NCBI RefSeq assembly: GCF_003790525.1
Contig: NZ_CP033635.1
Length of the DNA stretch: 64,000 nt
Direction: 5' to 3' (one strand)
Source: Escherichia coli
GTDB lineage: Bacteria; Pseudomonadota; Gammaproteobacteria; Enterobacterales; Enterobacteriaceae
Positions within the stretch are counted from its first letter, which is position 1. The number at the start of each line of letters is the position of its first letter. A model generated the notes under the pieces. That model was not told the DNA's origin and searched no databases. It saw only the letters and a program-made list of their open reading frames with translations. A program made the position numbers and the translations under genes. This document shows, piece by piece, positions 34,301 to 45,425 of this stretch.

Positions 34301-35779
34301 CAGGCGGAAGCGGAGCGTACCCGCGCGCGTGAAGCGTTGCGCGGACACGCAGCGCAGTTGAGTCAGTACAACCAGGTGCTGGCTTCGCTGAAAAGTTCTT
34401 ACGACACCAAAAAAGAGCTACTCAACGATCTGCAACGTGAATTGCAGGATATCGGCGTGCGTGCTGATAGCGGGGCAGAAGAGCGGGCGCGTATTCGCCG
34501 TGACGAGTTGCACGCGCAACTGAGCAATAACCGTTCACGCCGCAATCAACTGGAAAAAGCGCTTACCTTCTGCGAAGCAGAGATGGACAACCTGACCCGC
34601 AAACTGCGCAAGCTGGAGCGGGATTACTTTGAGATGCGCGAGCAGGTAGTGACCGCGAAAGCGGGCTGGTGTGCAGTCATGCGCATGGTGAAAGATAACG
34701 GTGTTGAGCGCCGCTTACACCGTCGTGAGCTGGCTTATCTCTCCGCTGATGATTTGCGTTCCATGTCGGATAAGGCGTTAGGTGCGCTGCGTCTGGCGGT
34801 GGCGGATAACGAACATCTGCGCGACGTGCTGCGGATGTCGGAAGATCCGAAACGTCCGGAGCGTAAAATTCAGTTCTTCGTGGCGGTTTATCAGCATCTG
34901 CGCGAGCGTATTCGTCAGGATATTATTCGTACCGATGATCCGGTTGAAGCTATCGAGCAGATGGAGATCGAACTTAGTCGTCTGACTGAAGAGTTAACGT
35001 CCCGCGAACAGAAACTGGCGATCAGTTCCCGCAGCGTGGCGAACATCATCCGTAAAACCATTCAGCGCGAGCAGAACCGTATCCGTATGCTCAACCAGGG
35101 CTTGCAGAACGTATCGTTCGGTCAGGTGAACAGCGTGCGCCTCAACGTGAACGTGCGTGAAACGCATGCCATGCTGCTGGATGTGCTCTCTGAACAGCAC
35201 GAGCAACATCAGGATCTGTTTAACAGCAACCGTCTGACCTTCTCGGAAGCGCTGGCGAAACTGTATCAACGTCTTAACCCGCAGATTGATATGGGGCAGC
35301 GCACGCCGCAGACCATCGGTGAAGAACTGCTGGATTACCGCAACTATCTGGAAATGGAAGTTGAGGTTAACCGTGGTTCCGATGGCTGGCTGCGCGCAGA
35401 ATCTGGCGCTCTGTCGACCGGTGAGGCGATTGGTACCGGTATGTCGATTCTGGTGATGGTGGTACAAAGCTGGGAAGATGAATCTCGCCGCCTGCGCGGT
35501 AAAGATATCTCTCCTTGCCGCCTGCTGTTCCTCGATGAAGCAGCGCGACTGGATGCTCGTTCCATCGCCACGCTGTTTGAATTGTGTGAGCGTTTGCAAA
35601 TGCAGCTCATCATCGCAGCGCCGGAAAATATCAGCCCGGAAAAAGGCACCACCTATAAACTGGTGCGTAAAGTCTTCCAGAATACCGAACACGTTCACGT
35701 AGTCGGTCTGCGTGGTTTTGCACCGCAACTCCCTGAAACGCTTCCAGGAAGTGACGAAGCGCCTTCCCAGGCGAGCTAA
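31319..35779 (+). CDS. mukB: Condensin SMC-like ATPase MukB
   Basis: 1486-aa ORF; Walker [10 protein letters not shown]; long coiled-coil middle; ATG overlaps the mukE stop (TAATG). Confidence 0.97.
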   Translation: MIERGKFRSLTLINWNGFFARTFDLDELVTTLSGGNGAGKSTTMAAFVTALIPDLTLLHFRNTTEAGATSGSRDKGLHGKLKAGVCYSMLDTINSRHQRVVVGVRLQQVAGRDRKVDIKPFAIQGLPMSVQPTQLVTETLSERQARVLPLNELKDKLEAMEGVQFKQFNSITDYHSLMFDLGIIARRLRSASDRSKFYRLIEASLYGGISSAITRSLRDYLLPENSGVRKAFQDMEAALRENRMTLEAIRVTQSDRDLFKHLISEATNYVAADYMRHANERRVHLDKALEFRRELHTSRQQLAAEQYKHVDMARELAEHNGAEGDLEADYQAASDHLNLVQTALRQQEKIERYEADLDELQIRLEEQNEVVAEAIERQEENEARAEAAELEVDELKSQLADYQQALDVQQTRAIQYNQAIAALNRAKELCHLPDLTADSAAEWLETFQAKELEATEKMLSLEQKMSMAQTAHSQFEQAYQLVVAINGPLARNEAWDVARELLREGVDQRHLAEQVQPLRMRLSELEQRLREQQEAERLLADFCKRQGKNFDIDELEALHQELEARIASLSDSVSNAREERMTLRQEQEQLQSRIQSLMRRAPVWLAAQNSLNQLSEQCGEEFSSSQDVTEYLQQLLEREREAIVERDEVGARKNAVDEEIERLSQPGGSEDQRLNALAERFGGVLLSEIYDDVSLEDAPYFSALYGPSRHAIVVPDLSQVTEHLEGLTDCPEDLYLIEGDPQSFDDSVFSVDELEKAVVVKIADRQWRYSRFPEVPLFGRAARESRIESLHAEREVLSERFATLSFDVQKTQRLHQAFSRFIGSHLAVAFESDPEAEIRQLNSRRVELERALSNHENDNQQQRIQFEQAKEGVTALNRILPRLNLLADDSLADRVDEIRERLDEAQEAARFVQQFGNQLAKLEPIVSVLQSDPEQFEQLKEDYAYSQQMQRDARQQAFALTEVVQRRAHFSYSDSAEMLSGNSDLNEKLRERLEQAEAERTRAREALRGHAAQLSQYNQVLASLKSSYDTKKELLNDLQRELQDIGVRADSGAEERARIRRDELHAQLSNNRSRRNQLEKALTFCEAEMDNLTRKLRKLERDYFEMREQVVTAKAGWCAVMRMVKDNGVERRLHRRELAYLSADDLRSMSDKALGALRLAVADNEHLRDVLRMSEDPKRPERKIQFFVAVYQHLRERIRQDIIRTDDPVEAIEQMEIELSRLTEELTSREQKLAISSRSVANIIRKTIQREQNRIRMLNQGLQNVSFGQVNSVRLNVNVRETHAMLLDVLSEQHEQHQDLFNSNRLTFSEALAKLYQRLNPQIDMGQRTPQTIGEELLDYRNYLEMEVEVNRGSDGWLRAESGALSTGEAIGTGMSILVMVVQSWEDESRRLRGKDISPCRLLFLDEAARLDARSIATLFELCERLQMQLIIAAPENISPEKGTTYKLVRKVFQNTEHVHVVGLRGFAPQLPETLPGSDEAPSQAS

Positions 35780-35784
35780 GATTG

Positions 35785-35809
35785 AGGCGGCAGCGATGCC
35801 GCCTTTTCT
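35785..35809 (+). terminator. mukB intrinsic terminator
   Basis: AGGCGGCA-GCGA-TGCCGCCT followed by TTTCTATTT, 6 bp after the mukB stop. Confidence 0.7.
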
Positions 35810-36039
35810 ATTTCTGAAAACTCCGTTTCTGCACTAAAAAAATGCCACATTCTGGCGCGCTTTTCTTTAAACTTCTTTACATTAGGTTATGTAAAAACGT
35901 ATCGGCGTTTATATACTGAAGATAAGCCTGATGAGTAACAGGCTTGCTCGTCATACTTTCGTGAGTATTGGCGTTGTACAGGCAAGTCGTAAAATAACAG
36001 CCTGGCTATTCAGAGTATGATAAAAACAGGGGGCAAGGG

Positions 36040-37887
36040 ATGTTGCTTAATATGATGTGTGGTCGTCGGCTGTCGGCAATCAGTTTGTGCGTGGCCGTAA
36101 CATTCGCTCCACTGTTCAATGCGCAGGCCGATGAGCCTGAAGTAATCCCTGGCGACAGCCCGGTGGCTGTCAGTGAACAGGGCGAGGCACTGCCGCAGGC
36201 GCAAGCCACGGCAATTATGGCGGGGATCCAGCCATTGCCTGAAGGTGCGGCAGAAAAAGCCCGCACGCAAATCGAATCTCAATTACCCGCAGGTTATAAG
36301 CCGGTTTATCTTAACCAGCTTCAACTGTTGTATGCCGCACGCGATATGCAACCCATGTGGGAAAACCGTGATGCTGTTAAAGCCTTCCAGCAACAGCTGG
36401 CAGAGGTGGCGATTGCCGGTTTCCAGCCGCAGTTTAATAAATGGGTAGAGTTACTGACCGATCCTGGTGTTAACGGGATGGCACGCGACGTCGTGCTCTC
36501 TGATGCGATGATGGGCTATCTCCATTTCATTGCAAATATTCCGGTCAAAGGCACTCGCTGGCTATATAGCAGTAAACCTTATGCGCTTTCAACGCCGCCG
36601 CTTTCGGTGATTAACCAATGGCAGCTGGCGCTGGATAAAGGTCAATTGCCGACGTTTGTTGCAGGTCTGGCACCGCAGCATCCGCAATATGCAGCGATGC
36701 ATGAATCGTTACTGGCCTTACTCAGTGACACCAAACCGTGGCCCCAACTGACCGGCAAAGCAACGTTGCGCCCAGGGCAGTGGAGTAACGACGTACCGGC
36801 GTTGCGCGAAATATTGCAACGCACAGGCATGCTGGACGGGGGGCCGAAAATTACTCTACCTGGCGATGACACGCCAACTGACGCGGTAGTCAGCCCATCC
36901 GCTGTTACTGTTGAAACAGCAGAAACTAAGCCGATGGACAAGCAAACGACGTCTCGTAGTAAACCTGCGCCTGCCGTTCGTGCCGCCTACGATAATGAAC
37001 TGGTGGAAGCCGTTAAACGTTTTCAGGCATGGCAAGGATTGGGAGCAGATGGCGCTATTGGCCCGGCAACGCGTGACTGGTTAAACGTAACGCCCGCCCA
37101 GCGTGCTGGCGTGTTGGCACTCAACATCCAGCGATTGCGCTTGCTGCCAACAGAGCTTTCTACCGGGATCATGGTTAACATTCCGGCCTATTCGCTGGTC
37201 TACTATCAGAACGGCAATCAGGTGCTGGATTCGCGAGTCATTGTCGGTCGCCCCGATCGCAAAACGCCGATGATGAGCAGTGCACTTAACAACGTAGTGG
37301 TAAACCCGCCGTGGAACGTACCACCAACTCTGGCACGCAAAGATATTCTGCCGAAAGTGCGCAACGATCCGGGATATCTCGAAAGCCATGGCTATACGGT
37401 GATGCGCGGCTGGAACAGCAGAGAAGCGATTGACCCATGGCAGGTTGACTGGTCTACAATCACGGCCTCGAATTTACCGTTCCGCTTCCAGCAGGCTCCA
37501 GGCCCACGGAACTCGCTGGGGCGCTATAAATTCAATATGCCGAGTTCAGAGGCCATTTATTTGCATGACACGCCGAACCACAATCTGTTCAAACGTGATA
37601 CACGCGCATTGAGCTCAGGCTGTGTGCGAGTGAATAAAGCTTCCGATCTGGCGAATATGCTGTTGCAGGATGCAGGATGGAATGACAAACGTATTTCTGA
37701 TGCGCTGAAGCAGGGCGATACGCGTTACGTCAATATTCGGCAGTCGATTCCGGTGAATCTCTACTACCTGACGGCCTTTGTTGGTGCAGATGGTCGTACC
37801 CAGTATCGTACAGATATTTACAATTATGATCTGCCTGCGCGATCCAGCTCGCAAATCGTATCGAAAGCGGAACAATTAATCAGGTAA
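36040..37887 (+). CDS. ldtD: L,D-transpeptidase LdtD (YcbB)
   Basis: 615-aa ORF with signal peptide; YkuD catalytic motif [10 protein letters not shown]...SSGCVRV. Confidence 0.93.
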   Translation: MLLNMMCGRRLSAISLCVAVTFAPLFNAQADEPEVIPGDSPVAVSEQGEALPQAQATAIMAGIQPLPEGAAEKARTQIESQLPAGYKPVYLNQLQLLYAARDMQPMWENRDAVKAFQQQLAEVAIAGFQPQFNKWVELLTDPGVNGMARDVVLSDAMMGYLHFIANIPVKGTRWLYSSKPYALSTPPLSVINQWQLALDKGQLPTFVAGLAPQHPQYAAMHESLLALLSDTKPWPQLTGKATLRPGQWSNDVPALREILQRTGMLDGGPKITLPGDDTPTDAVVSPSAVTVETAETKPMDKQTTSRSKPAPAVRAAYDNELVEAVKRFQAWQGLGADGAIGPATRDWLNVTPAQRAGVLALNIQRLRLLPTELSTGIMVNIPAYSLVYYQNGNQVLDSRVIVGRPDRKTPMMSSALNNVVVNPPWNVPPTLARKDILPKVRNDPGYLESHGYTVMRGWNSREAIDPWQVDWSTITASNLPFRFQQAPGPRNSLGRYKFNMPSSEAIYLHDTPNHNLFKRDTRALSSGCVRVNKASDLANMLLQDAGWNDKRISDALKQGDTRYVNIRQSIPVNLYYLTAFVGADGRTQYRTDIYNYDLPARSSSQIVSKAEQLIR

Positions 37888-38067
37888 ATGAAGTAGTTCG
37901 GGGAAATCAGTTGTCGTAATAATTAGCATGATCGGGGGCGATTCTCTGCAGCCCCCGTCACTGCTGGGGTTGAGTCATCTTGACGTCAGCTTTACTGACG
38001 GTTAAGGTGCCTCTTGTGCGCCAGAAGTGCATATAAACGATAACATTGACCTGTAGACTTGATTATC

Positions 38068-38616
38068 ATGGACAAATTCGACGCTAATCGCCGCAAACTG
38101 CTGGCGCTTGGTGGCGTTGCACTCGGTGCCGCCATCCTGCCGACCCCGGCGTTTGCAACACTCTCTACCCCACGCCCGCGCATTTTGACACTCAATAATC
38201 TTCATACCGGAGAGTCAATCAAAGCGGAGTTTTTCGATGGCAGAGGCTATATTCAGGAAGAATTGGCAAAACTTAACCATTTTTTCCGCGATTACCGCGC
38301 GAACAAAATAAAGTCCATCGACCCAGGATTGTTCGATCAGTTGTATCGCCTGCAAGGGTTATTAGGTACCCGCAAACCGGTGCAACTCATTTCCGGTTAT
38401 CGTTCCATTGATACCAACAATGAACTACGCGCCCGCAGCCGTGGAGTAGCGAAGAAAAGCTATCACACGAAAGGGCAGGCGATGGATTTCCATATTGAAG
38501 GTATCGCGTTAAGCAATATTCGCAAAGCCGCGTTATCTATGCGCGCAGGTGGTGTAGGATATTACCCACGTAGTAACTTTGTGCATATTGATACCGGGCC
38601 AGCACGGCACTGGTAG
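38068..38616 (+). CDS. mepK: Murein endopeptidase MepK (YcbK), M15 peptidase with Tat signal
   Basis: Track ORF 38059..38616; start trimmed to MDKFDANRRKLLALGGVALGAAIL (twin-arginine signal), 182 aa. Confidence 0.9.
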   Translation: MDKFDANRRKLLALGGVALGAAILPTPAFATLSTPRPRILTLNNLHTGESIKAEFFDGRGYIQEELAKLNHFFRDYRANKIKSIDPGLFDQLYRLQGLLGTRKPVQLISGYRSIDTNNELRARSRGVAKKSYHTKGQAMDFHIEGIALSNIRKAALSMRAGGVGYYPRSNFVHIDTGPARHW

Positions 38617-38642
38617 TAATCGCTTAACGAAACAGGGGCAGT

Positions 38643-39290
38643 ATGAACTATCGTATTATTCCGGTCACCGCATTCTCCCAGAACTGTTCATTGATCTGGT
38701 GTGAACAAACCCGACTGGCCGCACTGGTCGATCCTGGCGGCGATGCGGAAAAAATCAAACAGGAAGTTGATGCCAGCGGCCTGACACTGATGCAGATCCT
38801 GCTGACTCATGGTCATCTGGACCACGTTGGCGCAGCGGCGGAACTGGCGCAACATTACGGCGTGCCGGTTTTTGGCCCGGAAAAAGAAGATGAGTTCTGG
38901 CTGCAAGGCTTGCCTGCGCAAAGTCGTATGTTTGGTCTGGAAGAGTGCCAGCCGCTGACGCCAGATCGTTGGCTGAACGAAGGCGATACCATCAGCATAG
39001 GGAATGTGACTTTACAGGTGTTACATTGCCCTGGGCATACGCCGGGTCATGTCGTGTTTTTTGATGAGCGGGCAAGGCTGCTGATTTCTGGCGACGTTAT
39101 TTTCAAAGGCGGAGTAGGGCGCAGTGACTTTCCGCGTGGCGATCATAATCAACTGATTTCTTCAATCAAAGATAAATTGCTGCCCCTGGGGGATGACGTG
39201 ACATTTATTCCGGGTCACGGACCATTATCAACTCTTGGTTACGAACGCCTGCATAATCCCTTCCTGCAAGACGAAATGCCCGTCTGGTAA
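38643..39290 (+). CDS. gloC: Metallo-beta-lactamase-fold hydrolase GloC/YcbL (glyoxalase II-like)
   Basis: 215-aa ORF with HGHLDH metal-binding motif. Confidence 0.9.
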   Translation: MNYRIIPVTAFSQNCSLIWCEQTRLAALVDPGGDAEKIKQEVDASGLTLMQILLTHGHLDHVGAAAELAQHYGVPVFGPEKEDEFWLQGLPAQSRMFGLEECQPLTPDRWLNEGDTISIGNVTLQVLHCPGHTPGHVVFFDERARLLISGDVIFKGGVGRSDFPRGDHNQLISSIKDKLLPLGDDVTFIPGHGPLSTLGYERLHNPFLQDEMPVW

Positions 39291-39299
39291 AGACGTATA

Positions 39300-39330
39300 A
39301 AAAAGCCCGCTTTCACAGCGGGCTTCGTTT
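39300..39330. terminator. Bidirectional terminator between gloC and aspC
   Basis: GCCCGC-TTTCACA-GCGGGC flanked by AAAAAA on one side and TTCGTTT on the other; T-runs follow the hairpin on both strands. Confidence 0.7.
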
Positions 39331-39339
39331 AACTAGCCT

Positions 39340-40530
39340 TTACAGCACGGCCACAATCGCTTCGCACAGCGGAGCCATGTTATCTGGCGTCATCCCGGCC
39401 ACGTTCACACGACCAGAAGCCACTGCATACACGCCAAACTCTTCACGCAGACGCAGTACCTGTTCTTTCGTCAGGCCACTGAAGGAGAACATACCGTTCT
39501 GTTTGATGATAAAGCTGAAGTCGCGGTTTGCCCCTTTTTCCTGCAGCGTATTGACGAACAACTGACGCATACGCTGAATACGCTGGCGCATATCAGTCAG
39601 CTCTTGTTCCCAAATCGCACGTAACGCATCGTTGCTCAGGATGGTGGCAACAACAGAAGCGCCGTGTGCTGGTGGGTTAGAGTAGTTAGCGCGAATCGCC
39701 GCTTTCATTTGGCTGAATGCGCGATCAACGGTCTCACTGTCAGCAGCAACCAGAGTACAAGCGCCAACACGCTCGTTGTACAGGCCAAAGTTTTTAGAGT
39801 AGGAACTGGCAACAATCAGCTCTTTATGCATAGCAGCGAAAGCGCGCAGTCCTTCAGCATCTTCTTCCAGACCACGGGCAAAACCCTGGTAAGCGAAGTC
39901 AAACAGCGGTAACCAGCCTTTCTCAACGGAAAGTTGTGCCAGTGTCTGCCATTGTTCCAGCGTAGGGTCGATACCGGTTGGGTTATGGCAGCAGCCATGG
40001 AACAGCACTACGTCGCCAGCCTGAGCTTCGTTCAGGCTGTTAATCAGTGCATCGAAGTCAAGGGTGTGATTTTCCGCATCATAATAAGCGTATTCACGAA
40101 CTTCCAGACCTGCAGAGTTAAAGACGCTCTTATGGTTCGGCCAGCTTGGGTTGCTCACCCACACACGCTTAACGCTGGTATTTTTTGCCAGGAAATCGGC
40201 AGCCACGCGTAGTGCGCCAGTGCCACCCGGAGTCTGTGCCGTGCGAGCACGTTTGTCATTGATCAGGGCGCTACCTTTACCAAACAGCAGTTCCTGAGTG
40301 CAGCGACCAAATTCAGGGATGCCGTCAATGCCGAGGTAATTTTTGGTGGTTTCATTTTCGAGCAAATACTGTTCAGCCTTTTTCACGCTGGTCAGTACCG
40401 GGGTTTTGCCCGTCTCATCTTTATAGACACCAATCCCGAGGTTAATTTTGCCGGGACGTTCATCGGCACGAAACAGATCGGCCAGGCCCAGAATCGGGTC
40501 GGCAGGAGCGGCGGTAATGTTCTCAAACAT
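39340..40530 (-). CDS. aspC: Aspartate aminotransferase
   Basis: 396-aa [39 protein letters not shown]...; PLP-lysine region SYSKNFGLY. Confidence 0.97.
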   Translation of the reverse strand: MFENITAAPADPILGLADLFRADERPGKINLGIGVYKDETGKTPVLTSVKKAEQYLLENETTKNYLGIDGIPEFGRCTQELLFGKGSALINDKRARTAQTPGGTGALRVAADFLAKNTSVKRVWVSNPSWPNHKSVFNSAGLEVREYAYYDAENHTLDFDALINSLNEAQAGDVVLFHGCCHNPTGIDPTLEQWQTLAQLSVEKGWLPLFDFAYQGFARGLEEDAEGLRAFAAMHKELIVASSYSKNFGLYNERVGACTLVAADSETVDRAFSQMKAAIRANYSNPPAHGASVVATILSNDALRAIWEQELTDMRQRIQRMRQLFVNTLQEKGANRDFSFIIKQNGMFSFSGLTKEQVLRLREEFGVYAVASGRVNVAGMTPDNMAPLCEAIVAVL

Positions 40531-40659
40531 GACGAGGTTCCATTATGGTTACAGAAGGGAAGTCCGCTATCAGGGTAACGGGAGATTTACAAAATTCCAA
40601 CTATTACTGATGAAAACGCAGGCTGTTTTTGCAAGACGTGAGATTGCTCTGGAAGGCAT

Positions 40660-40690
40660 AAAAAAAACAGGACCAACGTCCTGTTTTTTC
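40660..40690 (-). terminator. ompF intrinsic terminator
   Basis: ACAGGAC-CAAC-GTCCTGT flanked by A7 and T6; reads as a hairpin plus U-tract on the ompF strand. Confidence 0.75.
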
Positions 40691-40714
40691 GGCATTTAAC
40701 AAAGAGGTGTGCTA

Positions 40715-41788
40715 TTAGAACTGGTAAACGATACCCACAGCAACGGTGTCGTCTGAACCTACGCCCAGTTTGTTGTCAGAATCGATCTGGTTGATGATGT
40801 AGTCAACATAGGTGGACATGTTTTTGTTGAAGTAGTAGGTTGCGCCCACTTCAAAGTAGTTCACCAGATCAACATCACCGATACCTTCTACGTCTTTCGC
40901 TTTAGATTTGGTGTAAGCGATGGACGGACGCAGACCGAAATCGAACTGGTATTGCGCAACTAACAGAACGTCTTGCGTTTTGTTGGCGAAGCCGCCTTCA
41001 ATTGGCGTAGCGTTACGGGTTTCACCGTAGTTCGCTGCCAGGTAGATGTTGTTCGCGTCATACTTCAGACCAGTTGCCCACTGTTCAGCTTTTTTACCCT
41101 GACCGCGGAATTCGGCTTCCTGGGCGTCGGTACGGTCTGCTGCACCGTAAGCACCTACGATACCAAAGCCTTCGAATTCGTAGCTGATAGAGCCACCGAC
41201 GCCGTCGCCGTTGGAACGCTCAGGAATACCAGCACGTTCGTTTTTGCCCAGGTACTGAACGGCAAAGTTCAGGCCGTCAACCAGACCGAAGAAGTTGGAG
41301 TTACGATAGGTAGCAACGCCGCCTACACGACCAACGAAGAAGTCATCGCTGTATGCCGTGTCACCGCCAAACTCAGGCAGCATATCGGTGTAACCCAGTG
41401 CGTCGTAAACCACACCGTAGTTACGACCGTAGTCGATAGAACCCGCATCAGCGAATTTCAGACCTGCGAATGCCAGACGAGTTTTGTTACCTTTCTGGGC
41501 ATCAGCGCCTTCAGAGTTGTTACCCTGGAAGTTATATTCCCACTGACCGTAGCCGGTCAGATCGGAATTGATTTGTGTTTCCCCTTTAAAACCAAGACGG
41601 GCATAAGTTTTGTCGCCGTTTCCGCCGTAACTGTTTACACCATTGTCTTTAGAAAAATAATGCAGACCGACAGCTTTACCGTACAGATCTACTTTGTTGC
41701 CATCTTTGTTATAGATTTCTGCAGCGTTTGCAGTACCTGCTACTAACAGAGCAGGGACGATCACTGCCAGAATATTGCGCTTCATCAT
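40715..41788 (-). CDS. ompF: Outer membrane porin OmpF (loop-variant allele)
   Basis: 357-aa [41 protein letters not shown]... ending ...VGIVYQF; beta-barrel core matches recalled K-12 OmpF, with substitutions and a short deletion confined to predicted surface loops. Confidence 0.95.
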   Translation of the reverse strand: MMKRNILAVIVPALLVAGTANAAEIYNKDGNKVDLYGKAVGLHYFSKDNGVNSYGGNGDKTYARLGFKGETQINSDLTGYGQWEYNFQGNNSEGADAQKGNKTRLAFAGLKFADAGSIDYGRNYGVVYDALGYTDMLPEFGGDTAYSDDFFVGRVGGVATYRNSNFFGLVDGLNFAVQYLGKNERAGIPERSNGDGVGGSISYEFEGFGIVGAYGAADRTDAQEAEFRGQGKKAEQWATGLKYDANNIYLAANYGETRNATPIEGGFANKTQDVLLVAQYQFDFGLRPSIAYTKSKAKDVEGIGDVDLVNYFEVGATYYFNKNMSTYVDYIINQIDSDNKLGVGSDDTVAVGIVYQF

Positions 41789-41929
41789 TATTTATTACCC
41801 TCATGGTTTTTTTATGACACCTGCCACTGCCGTCAATAAGTTCTGTCAATAAAAATTTACGGAACTATTGATGAGAGTTTGGTGTCTTTATGTGTCTGCA
41901 GGCATCTTTCCATTCAAACTAACGTTTCG

Positions 41930-42010
41930 CTACCGTGAAAGTGCTACAAAGATAAAGATTTGGTTTCAAAAAGAAAAAATATGTAACCAAAAGTAAAATT
42001 TAAGGAACTT
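41930..42010 (-). promoter_or_regulatory. ompF promoter with tandem OmpR-binding sites (F1-F3)
   Basis: Reverse-strand sequence TTTTACTTTTGGTTACATATTTTTTCTTTTTGAAACCAAATCTTTATCTTTGTAGCAC matches the characterised ompF upstream OmpR-binding region as I recall it; followed by a ~110-nt leader to the ATG. Confidence 0.6.
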
Positions 42011-42214
42011 TGTGAACACCGTCATATTTCCATAGAAGCGTGATGATATTTACAGCAATTTTTATCTATTTATATGATTTCCTTATATTTAAATTAACTA
42101 AAAGGAAATTTTGTTTCTGATGGAAACTTTATCGACCTGGCACTAAATCCTCGTTCAGACATCCAGAACGCCAAAAAATAGTATGAAAATTGTGCTATCA
42201 GCTAAGAAAAAACT

Positions 42215-42245
42215 AATCCGCAATAAGAATGCGGATTATTTTTTG
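42215..42245. terminator. Orphan terminator-like hairpin in the asnS-ompF intergenic region
   Basis: AATCCGCA-ATAAGAA-TGCGGATT followed by ATTTTTTG on + and preceded by A-rich sequence (U-tract on the other strand); about 130 bp beyond the asnS terminator. Confidence 0.45.
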
Positions 42246-42349
42246 TGCGCAAATGTTGCAGTGTAATATTTCGTAACAGGATGATCGTTATGGCGGGGTT
42301 GCAAATAGATTGCTTGACTTAACAAACAGATAACTTGACAGAAAGGATA

Positions 42350-42378
42350 AAAAAAGAGCCAGCGGGCGCTGGCTCTTG
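42350..42378 (-). terminator. asnS intrinsic terminator
   Basis: AGAGCCAGC-GGGC-GCTGGCTCT preceded on + by AAAAAA (U-tract on the asnS strand), 12 bp after the asnS stop. Confidence 0.7.
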
Positions 42379-42389
42379 AAGACGCTAAA

Positions 42390-43790
42390 TTAGAAGCTGG
42401 CGTTACGCGGAGTACGTGGGAACGGAATCACATCACGCACGTTTTGCACACCAGTTACGTAAGCAATCAGGCGTTCAAAACCAAGACCGAAACCTGAATG
42501 CGGAACAGTACCGTAGCGACGCAGATCGCGATACCACCAGTAATCTTCTTTATTCAGGCCCATTTCCAGCATACGCTCGTCCAGCACGTCCAGACGTTCT
42601 TCACGCTGGGAGCCACCAATGATCTCACCGATGCCCGGAGCCAGAACGTCCATAGCCGCAACGGTTTTACCGTCTTCGTTAAGGCGCATATAGAACGCTT
42701 TAATATCTTTCGGATAGTTTTTAACCACTACCGGTGCTTTAAAGTGTTCTTCCGCCAGATAACGCTCATGCTCAGAAGAGAGATCAACGCCCCAGTAAAC
42801 CGGGTTTTCAAACTTCCTGCCGCAGTTTTCGAGAATGGTCACTGCGTCGGTGTAATCCACCTGCGCAAAATCGGCTTCAATGAAGCGTTCCAGACGTGAA
42901 ACGGCATCTTTATCTACGCGTTCAGCGAAGAATTTCATGTCGTCAGCGCGTTCTTCGAGAACCGCTTTGAAGACATATTTCAGCATGGCTTCAGCCAGAC
43001 CCGCGATATCGTTCAGGTTAGCAAACGCCACTTCCGGCTCCAGCATCCAGAATTCCGCCAGGTGACGGCTGGTGTTGGAGTTTTCAGCACGGAAAGTCGG
43101 GCCGAAGGTATAAATTTTGGATAATGCGCAAGCGTAGGTTTCGCCGTTCAACTGGCCAGATACGGTCAGGAAAGACTCTTTACCAAAGAAGTCTTTGTCG
43201 AAATCCACTTTGCCCTGATCGTTACGCGGCAGGTTTTCCAGATCCAGCGTAGAAACGCGGAACATTTCGCCAGCCCCTTCGGTATCAGACGCAGTAATCA
43301 GTGGCGTTGAAACCCAGAAGAATCCCTGCTCGTTAAAGAAGCGATGCAGCGCCTGCGCCAGCGTATGGCGAACGCGCGCGACGGCACCAATCAGGTTTGT
43401 GCGCGGACGCAGGTGAGCGACTTCACGCAGATACTCAATGCTGTGGCGTTTTGCCGCCATCGGGTAAGTGTCTGGATCTTCAACCCAACCAGCAACTTCA
43501 ACCTTGCTGGCCTGAATTTCAAATTGTTGCCCCTGGCCCGGCGACGCCACGACTTTACCCGTCACAATGACCGAGCAGCCGGTGGTCAGACGCAGGACGT
43601 CTTCATTGTAGTTGGGCAGAGAATTATTGATGACAGCCTGTACAGGATCAAAGCAGGAACCGTCATAAACGGCGAGGAAGGAGATGCCAGCTTTTGAATC
43701 TCGGCGGGTACGTACCCATCCGCGCACGGTGACTTCGCTGTCAACGGCTACGCGGCCCTGGAGTACGTCGGCTACAGGCACAACGCTCAT
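42390..43790 (-). CDS. asnS: Asparaginyl-tRNA synthetase
   Basis: Track ORF 42390..43835; start trimmed to [25 protein letters not shown] (466 aa); class II aaRS. Confidence 0.95.
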
Positions 43791-43924
43791 AATATTCTCT
43801 CTGTTAATAGTCGGAAAAAATAAACACTTGTCCACCCGTAAATGGGGGGATACCTATGTTACCTGGCATCTGCAATCAGACAAGCAGAATTCGCAAATGC
43901 AGCGAAAGATTTCGGAATTAAAGG

Positions 43925-43950
43925 TAAAAAAGGGAGCCGATTAGCTCCCT
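43925..43950 (-). terminator. pncB intrinsic terminator
   Basis: GGGAGC-CGATTA-GCTCCC preceded on + by AAAAAA (U-tract on the pncB strand). Confidence 0.65.
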
Positions 43951-43957
43951 GATGATA

Positions 43958-45160
43958 TTAACTGGCTTTTTTAATATGCGGAAGGTCGAATGCTTTGCGC
44001 AGTGCCCGAACAAACGCTTTATCGTGGCAGATAGTTTTGCCAGGGCTGTCAGAAAGTTTCGCCACCGGTTTACCGTTACACTCAACCAACTTAATGACAA
44101 TATTCAGGGGTTTTACCTGGGGGATATCGCAGGTCAGGCGAGTCCCAATACCAAAACTTAATTGCACGCGGGAAGAGAAATGGCGGTATAGCTCAACCGC
44201 TTTGCGTAAATCCAGATTGTCAGAGAAAACCAGCGTTTTACTCTGTGGATCAATTCCCAGCTTCTCATAATGTGCAATGGCTTTTTCACCCCATTCAACC
44301 GGGTCGCCAGAGTCATGACGCAGGCCCTGATAGCGACTGGCGAACTCGACACCGAAATCACGCAGGAAAGCATCCATAGTGATGCAGTCGGTTAATGCAA
44401 TGCCAAGTTGGTCGGGATACTCTTCCAGCCAGGCAGCAAGTGCAGCTCGCTGGCTGTTGGCTAGATCCGGGCTGATTTGCTGATGCGCCTGGAACCATTC
44501 GTGTGCCTGTGTTCCCATCGGCGTGAGGGAAAGCCGGCGCGCCAGATCATAGTTGCTGGTGCCCACGAACCAGGATTCCTGTTGCAGACGCTTAACGATG
44601 GTTTCTTGTACTTCGCGAGAAAAACGGCGGCGGGTGCCAAAATCCATCAGATGGAAGCGCGACATATCAAGACCGGCGGTTAATGCCGAGAAGTCGACTA
44701 ATTTGCTTTCCAGCGTGTCGAGGGCTTGCGCAACGTCGGTCTGCGGTGAGCGATAGCGATGTACCATTTCACTGATAACCGCCAGCAAAGGAACTTCCCA
44801 GAGGATGACTTCACGCCACGGGCCGCTTAAACGAATATCCAGCTTGCCATTATCGTTGGATACGGTGACTTGTTCCGGGTTAAAGCGGAACTCGCGTAAC
44901 CAGTTAAGATAGTCGGCCTGAAAGAAAGGCAGGGCAGAGAGCCACTGATATTCATCATCCTGCAGGCGCAGGTGCTGCATCGCCTGAACCTGTTCACGAA
45001 TAGCATCGGCATAAATACCCAGCAGATCGTCACCTCGGCAACGAAACTCCGCCGCGACATGCACATCGTAATAGTGATGAAACACGGCTTGCTGCATATG
45101 CAACTTATAAGCATCTGTATCCAGCAACGAGTGCAGAACAGGAGAAGCGAATTGTGTCAT
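43958..45160 (-). CDS. pncB: Nicotinate phosphoribosyltransferase
   Basis: Track ORF 43958..45208; start trimmed to [24 protein letters not shown] (400 aa). Confidence 0.95.
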   Translation of the reverse strand: MTQFASPVLHSLLDTDAYKLHMQQAVFHHYYDVHVAAEFRCRGDDLLGIYADAIREQVQAMQHLRLQDDEYQWLSALPFFQADYLNWLREFRFNPEQVTVSNDNGKLDIRLSGPWREVILWEVPLLAVISEMVHRYRSPQTDVAQALDTLESKLVDFSALTAGLDMSRFHLMDFGTRRRFSREVQETIVKRLQQESWFVGTSNYDLARRLSLTPMGTQAHEWFQAHQQISPDLANSQRAALAAWLEEYPDQLGIALTDCITMDAFLRDFGVEFASRYQGLRHDSGDPVEWGEKAIAHYEKLGIDPQSKTLVFSDNLDLRKAVELYRHFSSRVQLSFGIGTRLTCDIPQVKPLNIVIKLVECNGKPVAKLSDSPGKTICHDKAFVRALRKAFDLPHIKKAS

Positions 45161-45189
45161 AGGTGCGCAGTAGCGTCCTCGTACAGGAG

Positions 45190-45207
45190 CGTTTAGTACA
45201 ATAAACA
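45190..45207. promoter_or_regulatory. Palindrome resembling a NadR operator upstream of pncB
   Basis: CGTTTAGTACAATAAACA: inverted half-sites GTTTA/TAAAC resembling the NadR box TGTTTA...TAAACA, 30-47 bp upstream of the pncB ATG; spacing versus consensus not verified. Confidence 0.4.
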
Positions 45208-45425
45208 TCTTCAGGAACTGCTGGAGTATACCTTGTTTCGCAATTTATTGAACCCCGATCACACCATATGCCACCTTTCTGGTCGATGGCATTACGCGGT
45301 GTATGTTATAAAAATGTAGCAATAAAGGCGTTTGTACCTGAAAAGATGAAGATTCTGCATAGCGCGATTTACGCAACAGGAATAGACTGAACACCAGACT
45401 CTATAAAAGATGCTAAAGGTTATTT

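Noticed and set aside
35810-36039. Possible small ORF (~25 codons from ATG near 35835) in the mukB-ldtD spacer
   Set aside because: No Shine-Dalgarno sequence, AT-rich low-complexity translation, and the region is better explained as the ldtD promoter.
40973-41746. 257-aa + strand ORF inside ompF
   Set aside because: Antisense shadow of ompF; no start context or plausible protein features.
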